Positions 11,421 to 23,800 of a DNA stretch of 64,000 nt are shown here, one piece after another. A program made the position numbers and the translations under genes. This DNA comes from Rhynchopus sp. YZ270_cl-10 (taxonomy: Eukaryota): positions 558,001 through 622,000 of the forward strand of contig OZ037835.1 in the NCBI GenBank assembly GCA_964035575.1, read 5' to 3'. Within the stretch, counting starts at the first letter, position 1. Each line of letters starts with the position of its first letter. Below the pieces are notes generated by a model. That model did no database searches, had not been told where the DNA came from, and was given only the letters and a program-made list of their open reading frames with translations.

Positions 11421-14036
11421 TCAGTGCATAAGCACAACGTGCGCTGCATAAGCCTTCTGCCGCACATAGCCGGCAAGCTCTTCGTAAGGTGTGCGTTGGT
11501 CCTGAGCGACGGTGTCCAGCAGAGAAGACGCCTTCTCAAAGTCCTGTTTTATGATGTGCTCGAAGACCTCGTTCCACACTGCGTGCGGGTTGTTTGCGGC
11601 AGACTCCAGCTGGTACATCCACTCCTCGTTTTCGCTGCTGCACAAACCCTTCACAGCAAACACAGTCTGTGCCTTCTCACTGAACTTCTCGTACAGGACA
11701 GCACCTGCACACCGCAGTACCACCTGTCCCTCCGCCTCACGTGACATGATATGGTCAACCACACCAGGAAGGTCGTTCATTCTGTTCCAACGCTCAAGCA
11801 CAACCACCCACGACATGGACTGCGAAAGAATCGACACCTTCTTCATCCCGTTGCAGCCCATGTTCCCGACACGTGCCTCGCCTGTCGTGCACCCGTACGA
11901 GATCTTGTGCACATCACCAAGTGCTGTTGCCACTTCGTGTGCAGCCTGCACACAGGCAGCACTGTGCGACGGCTTCGGAACAAAGGCGTTGAAGGTGGCA
12001 AGTATCTTGTCCCCTGCGAACGTGTCGCACACACCTTTGTTGTGCTGCACTGCTGACATGATGTGCTCCACAATACCACCGTGTGCGGAGAGCACCTCTG
12101 CGTCCTTGTGCTTCTTGATGAAGGCGTGCCACGACACGACGTTCATGTGTGCCAGCGACACCTTCTTCTTCTTCAGACCCTCCACACGCAGCAGTGCCTT
12201 CTGGTTCTGCGTAACAGCTGAACTCTGTGACGTATGTGAACGACTGGACATGACTGACCGCGACTTCACATCCCGTGAGGACTCTGACACGGATGCTTCC
12301 TTATCATTATCACTGTCGTTGACAAGCACACTCTGCGGCATGTAGTTCCGGTACTCCACCAGGTTCGCCACCATGGTAACAAAACTGCGCTGCATCATCC
12401 CCACTTCACTCAGCTGCGACACTGCACGGCCCGTGTCCACAGCCTCCAGGTCCATCACAGCCACACTTGCCATCTCACTCCCAAGCTTCAGCAGAGGGGA
12501 CGTGATGTAGCGTGTGAACACAACAGCAATGGCCAGGAGTACCGTGATCGCAATGACTGTCACAACCACCATCACAATCACCGCATCCTCCTTCTGTGTG
12601 TCTGCAGAAGACAGATCTGATGCCACCTTCGCACGGATTGTATTCGTCGACGCATCAATCGTATCCATCACAGACGCCCTCGGCACAAGAAGGGTTGAAT
12701 ACCAGAAGATCGTTCTGTGTTCAATTGTCGACGTGATTGTCCAGAACTCCGTGCCGTTCGAGTCAGACCACTTCATGAAGGAGTCCTCTGTCATCTCCAC
12801 AAGGTCTCTGTAGTTCTGTGGGTGTGTGAACACAAACCGCCCGTGCTCTGCAATCACTGAGGGGATGTGCGACGTGGCGTCTTCCATTGAGTGGTTCGTT
12901 ACGTTCATGCTCGATGCCATTAGCACTAGTATGCCAACAAAGGAGGGTCGAAGCTCCTTGAACAGGTGCCTTCCTCTGTTGTACGCGACAAGGGTCCCCA
13001 CTGAACCCGCTGCACGGTTGTCCTCCACCACATACAGCGATGTACCCTCCGGGAGCAGCTGTGCACGCACCACGTCAGTTACCCCCTGCGCAGTCACGCT
13101 GGCCACTATACAACCCACACGCTTGCCCTGCTTGGGGTGCATCGTGTACATCTCTGGGTGGGTGTAGGTGTAGCTCAGCTCCCATGCCATATGATCCCAG
13201 CGGACCATGGCGGGCGTGTAGACAAGCGTGTCCACAGGATGCAGAGGCGGCTCATCCGCACCAAGGAAGTAGAGTTGGCGGCCACGGAGGTTGTAGGCCT
13301 GCCCTCCCCTGGGTTCGATTCTGTCCAGGGGGTTGATGCACCACCCGCGCCTCTGGCCCTTATCGTACACTGGTCGTGGGTTGCACCGTTCTGTTGCGTA
13401 CTTCACCTCACCCAGGTCGTTGGCTTCGGTAAAGACAATCATGTCTGAGACACCTTCCGCCTTCGTGACAGGGTCACGCATCTCCAATACGATCATTATC
13501 CTCGTCCCGTTCGTCGGCTTGACGCCGGCCGTGGGGCTCAGCTCGACCATCAAGGTGCGCGAGCCCCACCCTGCAAACCCGTCCCCCCTCTTCCACGGAA
13601 CAGGATGTGCTGGGGACCATGGGTACGTTTCGTGTGAAAGAAAGCCAAGACCAGCGTCCAGCCCAGCCTGAAAAGAAGACATGACTGCGGGGCGCATTAC
13701 ACTTACAGAAAAGTCGGGGCTCGTGGCCACATCTGGGTGGTGTGCCTTCGCCAGTTTTGCAAGAGAAACCACGAGCTGCTCAGGCACCTTCAGGTACTCC
13801 TTCACCGCCGTGTCCACGTTGCCAAGGACGGAGCGCAGGTAGCGTGCCGAGACCGTTTCGATATCCGCCGTACCACTGTCGAGACACATCCCGAAGCCCT
13901 CGTCACCTGTGTCACGTGCCTTCTCCAGAAGGTCGTCCCATGTTGACAGAGTGAAGCCACCGATGATCGCACCTGTCGACAGAATCAGCACCACACACAG
14001 CAGCACTGTCAGCGACTGGATGCCGCATGACACCAT
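11421..14036 (-). CDS. Receptor-type membrane protein: TM - extracellular sensor - TM - HAMP-like linker - degenerate class III adenylate/guanylate cyclase domain, 871 aa
   Basis: Two hydrophobic helices (LTVLLCVVLILSTGAIIGGF; AVIVMVVVTVIAITVLLAIAVVF); HAMP-like ITSPLLKLGSEM...SEVGMMQRSF; cyclase remnants DTFAGDKILATFN and GEARVGNMG; ATG at 14036. Confidence 0.8.
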   Translation of the reverse strand: MVSCGIQSLTVLLCVVLILSTGAIIGGFTLSTWDDLLEKARDTGDEGFGMCLDSGTADIETVSARYLRSVLGNVDTAVKEYLKVPEQLVVSLAKLAKAHHPDVATSPDFSVSVMRPAVMSSFQAGLDAGLGFLSHETYPWSPAHPVPWKRGDGFAGWGSRTLMVELSPTAGVKPTNGTRIMIVLEMRDPVTKAEGVSDMIVFTEANDLGEVKYATERCNPRPVYDKGQRRGWCINPLDRIEPRGGQAYNLRGRQLYFLGADEPPLHPVDTLVYTPAMVRWDHMAWELSYTYTHPEMYTMHPKQGKRVGCIVASVTAQGVTDVVRAQLLPEGTSLYVVEDNRAAGSVGTLVAYNRGRHLFKELRPSFVGILVLMASSMNVTNHSMEDATSHIPSVIAEHGRFVFTHPQNYRDLVEMTEDSFMKWSDSNGTEFWTITSTIEHRTIFWYSTLLVPRASVMDTIDASTNTIRAKVASDLSSADTQKEDAVIVMVVVTVIAITVLLAIAVVFTRYITSPLLKLGSEMASVAVMDLEAVDTGRAVSQLSEVGMMQRSFVTMVANLVEYRNYMPQSVLVNDSDNDKEASVSESSRDVKSRSVMSSRSHTSQSSAVTQNQKALLRVEGLKKKKVSLAHMNVVSWHAFIKKHKDAEVLSAHGGIVEHIMSAVQHNKGVCDTFAGDKILATFNAFVPKPSHSAACVQAAHEVATALGDVHKISYGCTTGEARVGNMGCNGMKKVSILSQSMSWVVVLERWNRMNDLPGVVDHIMSREAEGQVVLRCAGAVLYEKFSEKAQTVFAVKGLCSSENEEWMYQLESAANNPHAVWNEVFEHIIKQDFEKASSLLDTVAQDQRTPYEELAGYVRQKAYAAHVVLMH

Positions 14037-15550
14037 TGTTCTGAGGTGTACAGAAAAGGGAAGAGAGTGTCTGGGGATGTGAGGATGTGGTGTGGAGTGG
14101 GGACAGACACGATGCAAGACAAGGCAACGTAGGGGTGCATGCGATGCGGGTGTGGGTGTGGGGTTTTGGGAACACGACCAAACTGAAACGCACTGAACAG
14201 CGCACGACTCTGACAACATGCTCTTCGCACTCCTGAACTGTACTAATAACTGTCCAGTGATAATGCGTCAAAATAAAAGACAGTTTTATAAGATGATACA
14301 AGCTCGTGCTTCGTCACCTTGATCACATAAATAAAAAGGTTGCATTTGGCACTTTTAAAACCAGCTGAGTTCACCATATTTTCGCTCGATATAGTTAGCC
14401 ACTAAAACTCAGAACACAGTGCAACAGTGCAACTCAAATGGAAAAAGAAAAATACTACGGTGTCAATAGCTATCTTCACCCACACAGGAAAACGGGAAAC
14501 GAAACAGGGGGTGAGTTTGTTAGTTGTTCGCTTCCACTTTTTGAAAACATTATTTTATGCTGCAATACTGTATTCCTTTTTCCTTTTTTCCAAATACGAT
14601 GTGTTCACTAGAAACACCTACACGACATGTACGAGGTGGCAAGAAGACCTTGTCTGATGGAATATGTGGGGAATGTAACATTGTGTGAAAAAAATATTTT
14701 GCGTTAGTGGTGTAGCTGAATGGTGGGGGGCGCAAAAAAGTGTGCATAAGCCCTCGAAAATCAGCTTTTTTTGGTCAGTTTTGCCTTGTAATAATTTAAC
14801 AATGGTGGCATGCTTCCCAGTACACATAAGCGCGCAAAAAAAAAAAGTACGCAAGAAGTGCGAATCACCCCTTCAGCCACACCAGTGAGGTTTCTTTCTG
14901 AATTATTCATTTACAACAAAAGGATGCACGACACTCCTCGTTTTCATATTTCTTTTAGTTGCCACGGAGAGGTAAACATGATGTGCTGGGGGGAACCACT
15001 GTACAGAGAACGTACAGAGCAAGACTTAAAGTGCACACAAAACCTTCTGGTGAACACACACAATAACGAAGTGGCTATCCGACGCACTGAGGCTGGCCAG
15101 GCTGGCACCAAGGAGGCACTCAGGTGGAAGGGAAACAGCATCGCCTTCAAGACTCTCTCTCGACCCACGTCGTGCGCACTATCAGTCGTGAGGGGGGTTT
15201 TTTTGGGGCAAAGCGCCCAGAAATGGATGTCAAAAAGAGAAAAAAAACCATCCTGAAGTACAGAAATGAGTGCAATAAAGGGGGAGGGGAAAATAAACAA
15301 AAAAAAAAGTGGGACGGTTTGAAGCATTTCCCATAAAAGTAAGTATTTTCTAATAAAAAGGTTTTTCTTGTGACTCTAAGAGTCTCTTTGTCTTTAAGTT
15401 TTGCTACATTGAACAATTTGAAGCATCCACACATTGATGAGGATCTGTTCAGCTGCATAATACAAAGTCAAAAGAACAGGGGACATTAGAATGCCGGTGT
15501 GCCGGTGTGCCGGTGTGGCCACACCGGATAAGCCGGTGTGGGATTTTGAG

Positions 15551-16911
15551 CAGGCCCTTAGGGTGGTACTTTTTGCTGGTCAGCGGACCAGCAACCCTAG
15601 GTATTGCTGGTCCGGGTAAAAAATAAAATAAAAACAATAGATTTTTTTTTGAGAATCCCGCCACAAGAGTCGGGTGTGTCACGGATGCAGAGACCCTGGG
15701 GGCTCAAGGGTACACCGTGGGAGACCAGAACGCGACTCACTTGGTCAAACGCCGAAGGAAAAGGAAGCATGCAGCATGCAGGGCGTTCGCCCCGGGGCGA
15801 AAAATATTTTTTTTCGTTAAAAAAATCTTTTCCTGAAAAAATGACATTTTATTTCGCCCCAGGGCTTCGCCCCACCGGGGCGAAACCCTGTATAAATAAA
15901 TAAATAAAAAAAAAAAAAGGGAGGAAAAAAAAAAAAAAGAGAGAGAGATTTCTCCCCACCACCCTGTCGACCCCCCCGGAGGGGGGGTCACAGAGGGGGT
16001 GTCCACTGTACTCAAAATCATCCGCAAACCCGCCTGCCGTGAGAGGAAGTTTCCCCAGCACTCCCGCTCGCTCCTCAATCCTGCAGTCAGCTGAAGGTGT
16101 CCCGTACCCCCTGTTATAGAAGGTGTCACTACTCGTGTCAACTCTATCTTCAACCTTGGTGGAGGCAGAGAGACGGGTTAGTTTATTGAAAATAATCAAA
16201 ATAAGGATGAATTCTCATATGACGGATGCTTCTCTCTTGTACATCTGTTCGATTAAACAGCACAAAGAGAACCCTCAGTGAGGGGGGATTGATGAAATTC
16301 TCCATCGTTTTGCTGGTTTTAGTCCTGGGGAAGGGATCACGCGCAAATCGCAATTTTTTTTGATCACTCAGCACCAGGGATTCACCCCCCACGAACTAGC
16401 TTCTCTCCGGCGGAAAAATTTTTTTTTGACCTATTTTAAGCACTAGTAAAAAAGCAAAAATTTCGGGTTTTTTGGCATTTCGCCACGATCAGGAAAAAAC
16501 GATGGCGATAGCGAACGCCCTGGCAGCATGGCGAAATAAAAAAAGTAGCGTACCGTGCGCCTGCGGCGCATTCTTGCCAATCCACCCTTCCCATGACATA
16601 GTTTGGCAGTAAAAATGTGCCATTTTGAGGGAATTTTTTTGAAATGTTGCGTACCATGACCGCCGCTTCTTTTATAGGTGTACTGAGGTTACTGATAAGA
16701 AGGCTGACACCCACTACGGCTTGTGGTTCACCCTCTCCCATCCGCCTTTCACGATTTTGTGCATCAGAGGGGAGAAAGCGCGTCACCTCCCTGCATTGGC
16801 AGGGAGTCTTTTTTTACCACTGTGTGATTTTCACCTGTTTTTTGCATTGACCAGCAAACCGGGTTTGGACCAGCAGTTGGCGGCTACCCCCCCGACCACC
16901 CTAAGGGCCTG
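15551..16911. mobile_element. hAT-type MITE nested in 15477-18544
   Basis: 17-bp TIRs CAGGCCCTTAGGGTGGT / ACCACCCTAAGGGCCTG; flanking ATTTTGAG duplicated (one extra A on the right). Confidence 0.75.
15779..16522 (+). mobile_element. 744-bp hAT-type MITE (family 2, copy a)
   Basis: TIRs CAGGGCGTTCGC / GCGAACGCCCTG; 8-bp TSD GCAGCATG; near-identical copy at 18559-19291. Confidence 0.9.
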
Positions 16912-17599
16912 AATTTTGAGGGAAAAAAAAAAAAAAAGAAAAAGGCGGATTTTTGAATTTTTTTCTGAATTTTATCTCCTCATACAAGGCTACAGCCACA
17001 TCTGTAGCGGTTTCTTATGTGCATGTGACCCCACCATAAAGACCAATCGGTCCGTTCAATCAAAAGAAATAGATGTTCGCAACTCTCATAAAAAAGTAGC
17101 GTACCGTGCGCCTGCGGCGCAGCTAAAAATGACGAGCGGTAGCCCACAGCTCTACCCTATGCCATAGTCACAGCTACCTTTACCATAGTTTGGCTATAAA
17201 AACGTGCGATTTTATGCTACAATTTTTGAAATGTTGCGTACCGTGGCTTCGCCAGAAAAGTTTTGATGTCATATGGTTAGACAAGGGCGCGGAGGGGAAA
17301 GAGCTGTGGAGGTCTCTGCCAAAAATGCGTGGGGAAAAAAAAAAAAATGCCTCACACCGGCTTCAGGCTTTTTTCTAAATCAGGTATTGATATTGGGGTT
17401 TTGAAAAAATAAAATGTGCGCACTTTATTTCCCGGCTATAAGGTCCCACCCAGCGCACTTTTTTTACTCGGTAGAAGGTAGGTGGGTTTCTTAGGGATAA
17501 AGTGACCGAGAAAAAAAAATGGTGGTCGTCATGTCCTCAAACTGTCCAAAAACAACATTTTTGAAGAAAAAAATAACACAGTTCTATTTTTCCTCCGCC

Positions 17600-18263
17600 T
17601 GCAAGCTGGGACCCCTGGCAGACCCTGATTCCAGGGTGTCGCGAGTACCCCTTTTTGCCTTAGCAAAACACGTGTATCTTAAGGGTTCTACAGGGTTCTA
17701 CAGGCAAAACAGGCGTTTTGACCAAAAACTCGGTTCTTCAGGCAGGTAACCGGGTTTCCGGCTTGGGAAACGTGCCAGCGAGCTGTGAGAACCATGCATG
17801 GGCCACACACGGTACGAGTTGCAGCAGCCCACCGATGGTGGGCTGCGTTTGGTAACCACACGTTACGGTTAACGCGTGTATCGCATATACATAGCGTTGT
17901 GTGTATCGTATACGAAGACCGTTGTGTGCAACGCATGTGTAGACCGTTCCGTTATCAACCACACGAGCCTGCAAGAGTGTTTCCGCGGCGCTAGGACGCC
18001 GTTGTCGCTGCCCACCGAAGGTGGGCAGCGCTTGGTAACCACACGTTGTGGTTAACGCGTGTATCGCTTATACAGAGCGTTGTGTGTATCGTATACGAAG
18101 ACCGTTGTGTGCAACGCATGTGTAGACCGTTTCGTTATCATAACCACACGAACCAGCGAAGTGTCACAGCGGCGCAGGTGTTGCGTACACGCGATGGCGT
18201 TAAACCCGTAGCATGCTTCACGTGCACACGAACCGGCGAAGTGTTTTCGAGACCGTCACCCTA
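17600..18263 (-). repeat. Dispersed transposon-derived repeat; inverted relative of 38735-38790 plus 40920-41345
   Basis: Reverse-complement similarity to 40920-41345; hAT-like end GACCGTCACCCTA at 18263; internal duplication of ~130 bp. Confidence 0.6.
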
Positions 18264-18558
18264 AATTCAACTACTCAAAAAAATGTCCATTTTTCCAAAA
18301 TGACCCCACCACATGCCGGGATCGGCTCGGAAATGCGACAAAACGCACTTTCAGGGGGGGAACGCACTTTTTTTGGGGGAAAATGCACAGGTATGTTGCG
18401 CACTTTTTTTACTATTGATTTTCGGTTTTTGGGAAATTTTGGACCCGATTTAGAAAAAAGCCTGACCGGCTTTTTTGGCTCACACCGGCTTTTTTGGCTC
18501 ACACCGGCTTTTTTTTCAAAATCTCAAACTACCAATGTCCCCTGCAAAAGAAGAAAAC

Positions 18559-19291
18559 CAGGGCGTTCGCCCCGGGGCGAAAAATATTTTTTTTCGTTAA
18601 AAAAATCTTTTCCTGAAAAAATGACATTTTATTTCGCCCCAGGGCTTCGCCCCACCGGGGCGAAACCCTGTATAAATAAATAAATAAAAAAAAAAAAAGG
18701 GAGGAAAAAAAAAAAAAAGAGAGAGAGATTTCTCCCCACCACCCTGTCGACCCCCCCGGAGGGGGGGTCACAGAGGGGGTGTCCACTGTACTCAAAATCA
18801 TCCGCAAACCCGCCTGCCGTGAGAGGAAGTTTCCCCAGCACTCCCGCTCGCTCCTCAATCCTGCAGTCAGCTGAAGGTGTCCCGTACCCCCTGTTATAGA
18901 AGGTGTCACTACTCGTGTCAACTCTATCTTCAACCTTGGTGACGGGTTAGTTTATTGAAAATAATCAAAATAAGGATGAAGTCTCATATGACGGATGCTT
19001 CTCTCTTGTACATCTGTTCGATTAAACAGCACAAAGAGAACCCTCAGTGAGGGGGGATTGATGAAATTCTCCATCGTTTTGCTGGTTTTAGTCCTGGGGA
19101 AGGGATCACGCGCAAATCGCAATTTTTTTTGATCACTCAGCACCAGGGATTCACCCCCCACGAACTAGCTTCTCTCCGGCGGAAAAATTTTTTTTTGACC
19201 TATTTTAAGCACTAGTAAAAAAGCAAAAATTTCGGGTTTTTTGGCATTTCGCCACGATCAGGAAAAAACGATGGCGATAGCGAACGCCCTG
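18559..19291 (+). mobile_element. 733-bp hAT-type MITE (family 2, copy b)
   Basis: Same TIRs as 15779-16522; own 8-bp TSD AAGAAAAC; 11-bp internal deletion relative to copy a. Confidence 0.9.
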
Positions 19292-19531
19292 AAGAAAACA
19301 TATAAAAAAAAAAAAAAGATCGAAAATGATTACTAATCTAGTTAAGCATATCGCCTGCTCCTCGCAGCAGAAAAACAAAATAAATTTGACTTGAAATACA
19401 ACAGCCCTCTCGTGACAGTGTACTTTGGTACATGACCGGTGTACCCGGGGGGTGGACCCCATGCAGTCATAAATCCGTTTCGAGGTTTACATCTGATATG
19501 CCCTAAAAATTGAAACAAAAGAAGCGCAATA

Positions 19532-19655
19532 CAGTAGTTAAACAAAACTTCCGCCCAAGAAAAATGCCTGCCCAAGAAAAATTCCACCTAAAGTAATTTC
19601 CGCCATCGATTTCAATTCCGCCTTTAGTTTAGGCGTAACTTTTGTTTAACCACTG
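19532..19655. mobile_element. 124-bp Tc1/mariner-type MITE
   Basis: Imperfect 24-bp TIRs CAGTAGTTAAACAAAACTTCCGCC / GGCGTAACTTTTGTTTAACCACTG flanked by TA on both sides. Confidence 0.7.
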
Positions 19656-19844
19656 TACAGTACCAAAATAAGAATTCAAAATAAAATAAAATCGTAATTG
19701 CTAGCCAAGAAAAAACTCCGAAAAAAACGGGGTCTGGAGAGTCTCGTAACCATTTGCTCGATGGCTGTATAGGCGGACTCGGTCGGGCTCAAACACCCCC
19801 CGGATAAAAAATAAAAAAAAGGGACTCCCCCCCCCTAGCCTAGC

Positions 19845-20069
19845 CATAGTGTGCAGACGAACAAAATGTTCGTCGATGTTCGTCGTGGGGGGAAAAAAAA
19901 TTTTTGTTCGTCGATGTTCGTCGTTGTTCGTCGATGTTCGTCGTTGTTCGTCGTGGGTTGCCCTTGTGGCAGGGACCTGTTCGTCGATGTTCGTCGACGA
20001 ACATCGACGAACAAAACCGACGAACATTTTGTTCGTTGACGAACCAAAAATGTTCATCTGCACACTATG
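19845..20069. mobile_element. MITE-like element with internal TTCGTCGATG repeats
   Basis: TIRs CATAGTGTGCAGA / TCTGCACACTATG; internal direct and inverted 10-mers; no clear TSD. Confidence 0.6.
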
Positions 20070-20805
20070 CGGAGTCTCCCCCCCCTGAATTTCGACCACT
20101 TCTTGGGGCCATTCTTGGGACATCCAAAAACGCTAAGTTCGCCGCACCAAAAAAAAAGGGATAGATGTTGATGCAATGCACCAACATACCCAGAGGAGGA
20201 GAAAAAAACTGATAATTACCATTTGCACAAAGTGCACCATCATGCGCAGGAATTGCCCATAATTGATTTCAAACAAACGTTTTTTCGCTTCTCGCTATCC
20301 GCCCCCTTGTAGGGCTACAGAACTGATCACATAACAGAACAAAAATAACGAAGACACAAAATGGCAGCAGCACAAAAAAAAAAAACACAAACAAAAGGGC
20401 TTTTAGAAGCCAGAAGTAACAATCCCGACCACCCAAGAACACAAACCACCACCCATGTGTTAAACATGATAACTCTGCATAGTTTGCCGTGCAAATCTCT
20501 ACGTACCTATTTTGCACTACTCAAAAACCTGGTCGTGCACGCACATGACACACGACGGCTGAAGTACTAAATGACTTGACTTGCAGTTTAATAGTAGTTT
20601 CACCCGTTGCAAGCTAGCGAAAACAAAGCAAAAAAGCCACAAGGCAAGTCGTTTACTTTAACCGTCGGTGTAGATTCGTAAAAGCCTTCTTCCCTTCTTT
20701 CCCCCAACCCACACAGACCCAACCCAGGCCCAACAACCCCGCTCCCAAAACCCTCCTTGCAGTCTTTCAGCCTACCTATCCACGATGCAACACACCCACA
20801 CCACT

Positions 20806-23800
20806 TCACTTCATCACCATCTCGGTGTGCCCCTCGCACGACTCCGTATCTCCGATCAGCGCGTCTGCCTTCTGCGCGCTGCCTGGCTCTTGCTTCTGGA
20901 GCACCTTTCCGTAGTAGGAAATCAACAGAAACAACACACCTGTCAGGAGACAGAGCACGACGAACACTGTCGCCATCACCATGAGTGGCGTGGGGCCGTC
21001 CCCGCTGCCACCTCCACCACCACCACCACCGGCTGCCTTGCAGGTAGAACGATCCCCTGCACGGTCTCTGAACTGCAGGAGTGCGCCTGCGGCAGTCGCA
21101 ACGTATATGAACCCACGGTCTTCTACGACGCCAACCGTAGGTGCTGCAGTCTCAAGCATGTACGCCACAGAGGGTATGCCAGCGTCGATGGCCACCACAG
21201 CAATGCTTGCAGCTCCGATGGCATAGATGTTGCGCTGCACAACAAGCTTCTGTGCGGAGAAGTCCACACGGCCAGTCTCCTCCAGCGTGCCGCTGGCGTT
21301 CACCTGCAATATGACGACGGAGCTTGAGGTGATCCCCACCATGTGTTCGTCTGTGTACTGCAAGGAGCTGAACACCTCTGGCAGTGTTTGTGTTGTGATC
21401 CGCTGAGGCGGTGTGCTTGTTGCGTTGACCAGCGTCAGTGTCGTGCCGATGGTGAGGTAGAGCACGCCGTGCGCGACAGTGAGTGCGGTGGGTGCGTCCT
21501 CCCAGTACGGTATGCCTTGCAGGTAGCCGGCGGCCTCCATCGGGCGGGAGGGATGCAGCAGCCACCGGTGCACTGTGGCCTCCTGCCGTGCGCTCTGGAC
21601 GACAGTGAACACCGTTGTGTCGCTCTGTGCCCATGCCAGCAGGTCCTCGCCCACAGCCCCGCTCAGGCCACTAGGCAACAGAACAGCGCCACCCACAAAC
21701 CCAATGACCTGTAGGCTCGTCCCACACCGTGTCACACCATACGCGCTGTCTGCCGTGAGCGTCAGCCCCGTGCACTCCCCCTGCAGAAGCACAGAGCCCC
21801 CAAGCGAAGCATTCTGTGTGTCCACGCGTACCGTGTACAGCGACTGCCCTCCAATTGCGTACAGCGTCCCGCAGACACCGTTGCATGCGGCCAGTGTGTT
21901 GAATGGGGTAAGTACCAGCCTCATGTCCCACGTACTGCTGATGCCGCCTTGTACCGGGTGGCCTGTAGGCTGTGCCGTGGGAGGAGCGGTGTCGGGTGCA
22001 GTGGTGGGCACGGCGGTGGCGGGAACGGAGGATGGGGCTGGTGTGGGTGCTGCGGGGGCGTCAGTTGTGTTGTTGGGTACATCAGTTGTGGGTACGTCAG
22101 TTGTGGGCACATCAGTTGTGGGTGCTTCGGTCGGTGGTGAGCCTGTCGACGGATCCTCTGTCGGGGGCAGCGTAGGCGGCGGTAGTGTCTGTGGTGCTGC
22201 TGTTGCCGGGACTGACGTCGCAGGTGCCGTTGTGAGTGGCACGCTTGTATGCGGTGCACCAGTCTGCGGCACAGGCACAGGTGTCGGTGCTGTGGTATCA
22301 GGTGCAGACGTTGTGGGCACCGTAGTGAGAGGTGCATCTGTGCGTGGAGTGTCCGTTGCTGGCACTGTTGTCGGTGGTGCTGTTGGCAACGCTGTGGCGG
22401 GCGCGTCTGTAGGCGGCGCATGAGTTGGTGGGACGGGTGTCGGCCCGCTTGTGTCTGGTGCTCCTGTTGGTGGTGACGACGTGTCGGGTACGGGTGTGGC
22501 CGGCGCATCGGTTGGCGGCGGCATTGCGAAGTACTCAACACCAACACCGCTGTTACTCTGGTCCCAGTACTGTGCGTAGCCGTAACCCTTGCTGAAGACC
22601 ACCTTGATGACAGGCGTCTGCATCAACACTGAAAAGGACAGCTTTGGTTCGTGCAGGTCACTCACATCTATCCCGATGATTTCCTTTCGGAAACAGGTTG
22701 GCACGTACACCATGTTGCCGACAATGGTCAGGAGATAGATCCAGCTTCCTGGAAAGTAGTAGCGCGCCGCTTCTGCGACGCCATCTGCCCAGGACGCACC
22801 GAGCGGGCGCAGCACGACAACAGTGTCGAAGTGGTACGCCGCGGGCGACACACCGCATGCAAGGCCACCGTTCACACCAGAGATGCTCGTCATCGCGTAG
22901 GTGAGCTGCCGCTCCCAGACAAACGTGGCCTTGAAAGGGTCGCTCAGGTTGTACACCTGGAACATCCCGTCACGATACGAGACAAACAGGAAGCCGTCTG
23001 CAACGCCCATCGTCTGCACCTGTGCAGGCGCCTGCAGAACGGTCACCGCCTTTCCCGATACGTCGATGCGCACAACCCACGCATGCGTCTTGATCTTCGT
23101 GTCCACCGGCGACTGCCACATCTGGTACATCGCGCCACCCCACATCTGCAGTGCGTTAGACGGCACCCTGCCTTGCCCTAGAGACGTTAACAAGAAAGAT
23201 GGAGAGGCCCTGTCCGCCACGTTGCCCATGCTATACGCGGAATGCGAACACATGAAGAAATGCGTCGGGTCTGCGTAACCCATGAGCAGCGGTTCTTCCG
23301 GCAGTTCAAAATACTGGCTCAACACGGGGGCATCTGCGACAGTGTCATTTACGATGTACATAACTTTGCGATCAAGCGGGACCATAAGCGGACCGTTCAC
23401 GTGGGTGATGACGTACGATGCGAACGCTTTCCCTTCCGCAGTCAGGTCGATGACTTTGTCGAATTCAGGGGTCTTCGTTGCCTGGGGGACTGTTATTATC
23501 TTGATCGCCGCTTCTGGCAGGGCGACGATGGCTGGAACCGCCATCGTCACAACTCCATTGTTCTGTGCCACAAAGATCTCTTCACCTGAGGACGCAAACA
23601 CCGACACGCATGAGTCGCAGTCGAAGCGGCCGAGGAGATGTGGTGTGGCCAGGTCCATCACATCATAGAAGGTAATGGTGTCCGCAGTGGGGACGTACAC
23701 ACGCGAGGCGGTCCACGCCGGTGTGGAAGCTCCCGATAGCAGCGTCATCCTGGATTCGGTCAGCTCCCCTGCTTGGTTCCCCCAATCGCACTGCAAGATG

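Larger units (their letters stand above)
15477..18544. mobile_element. hAT-type non-autonomous element hosting nested insertions
   Basis: TIRs CAGGGGACATT / AATGTCCCCTG; 8-bp TSD CAAAAGAA (15469-15476, 18545-18552); subterminal CCGGTGTG / CACACCGG repeats. Confidence 0.8.
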
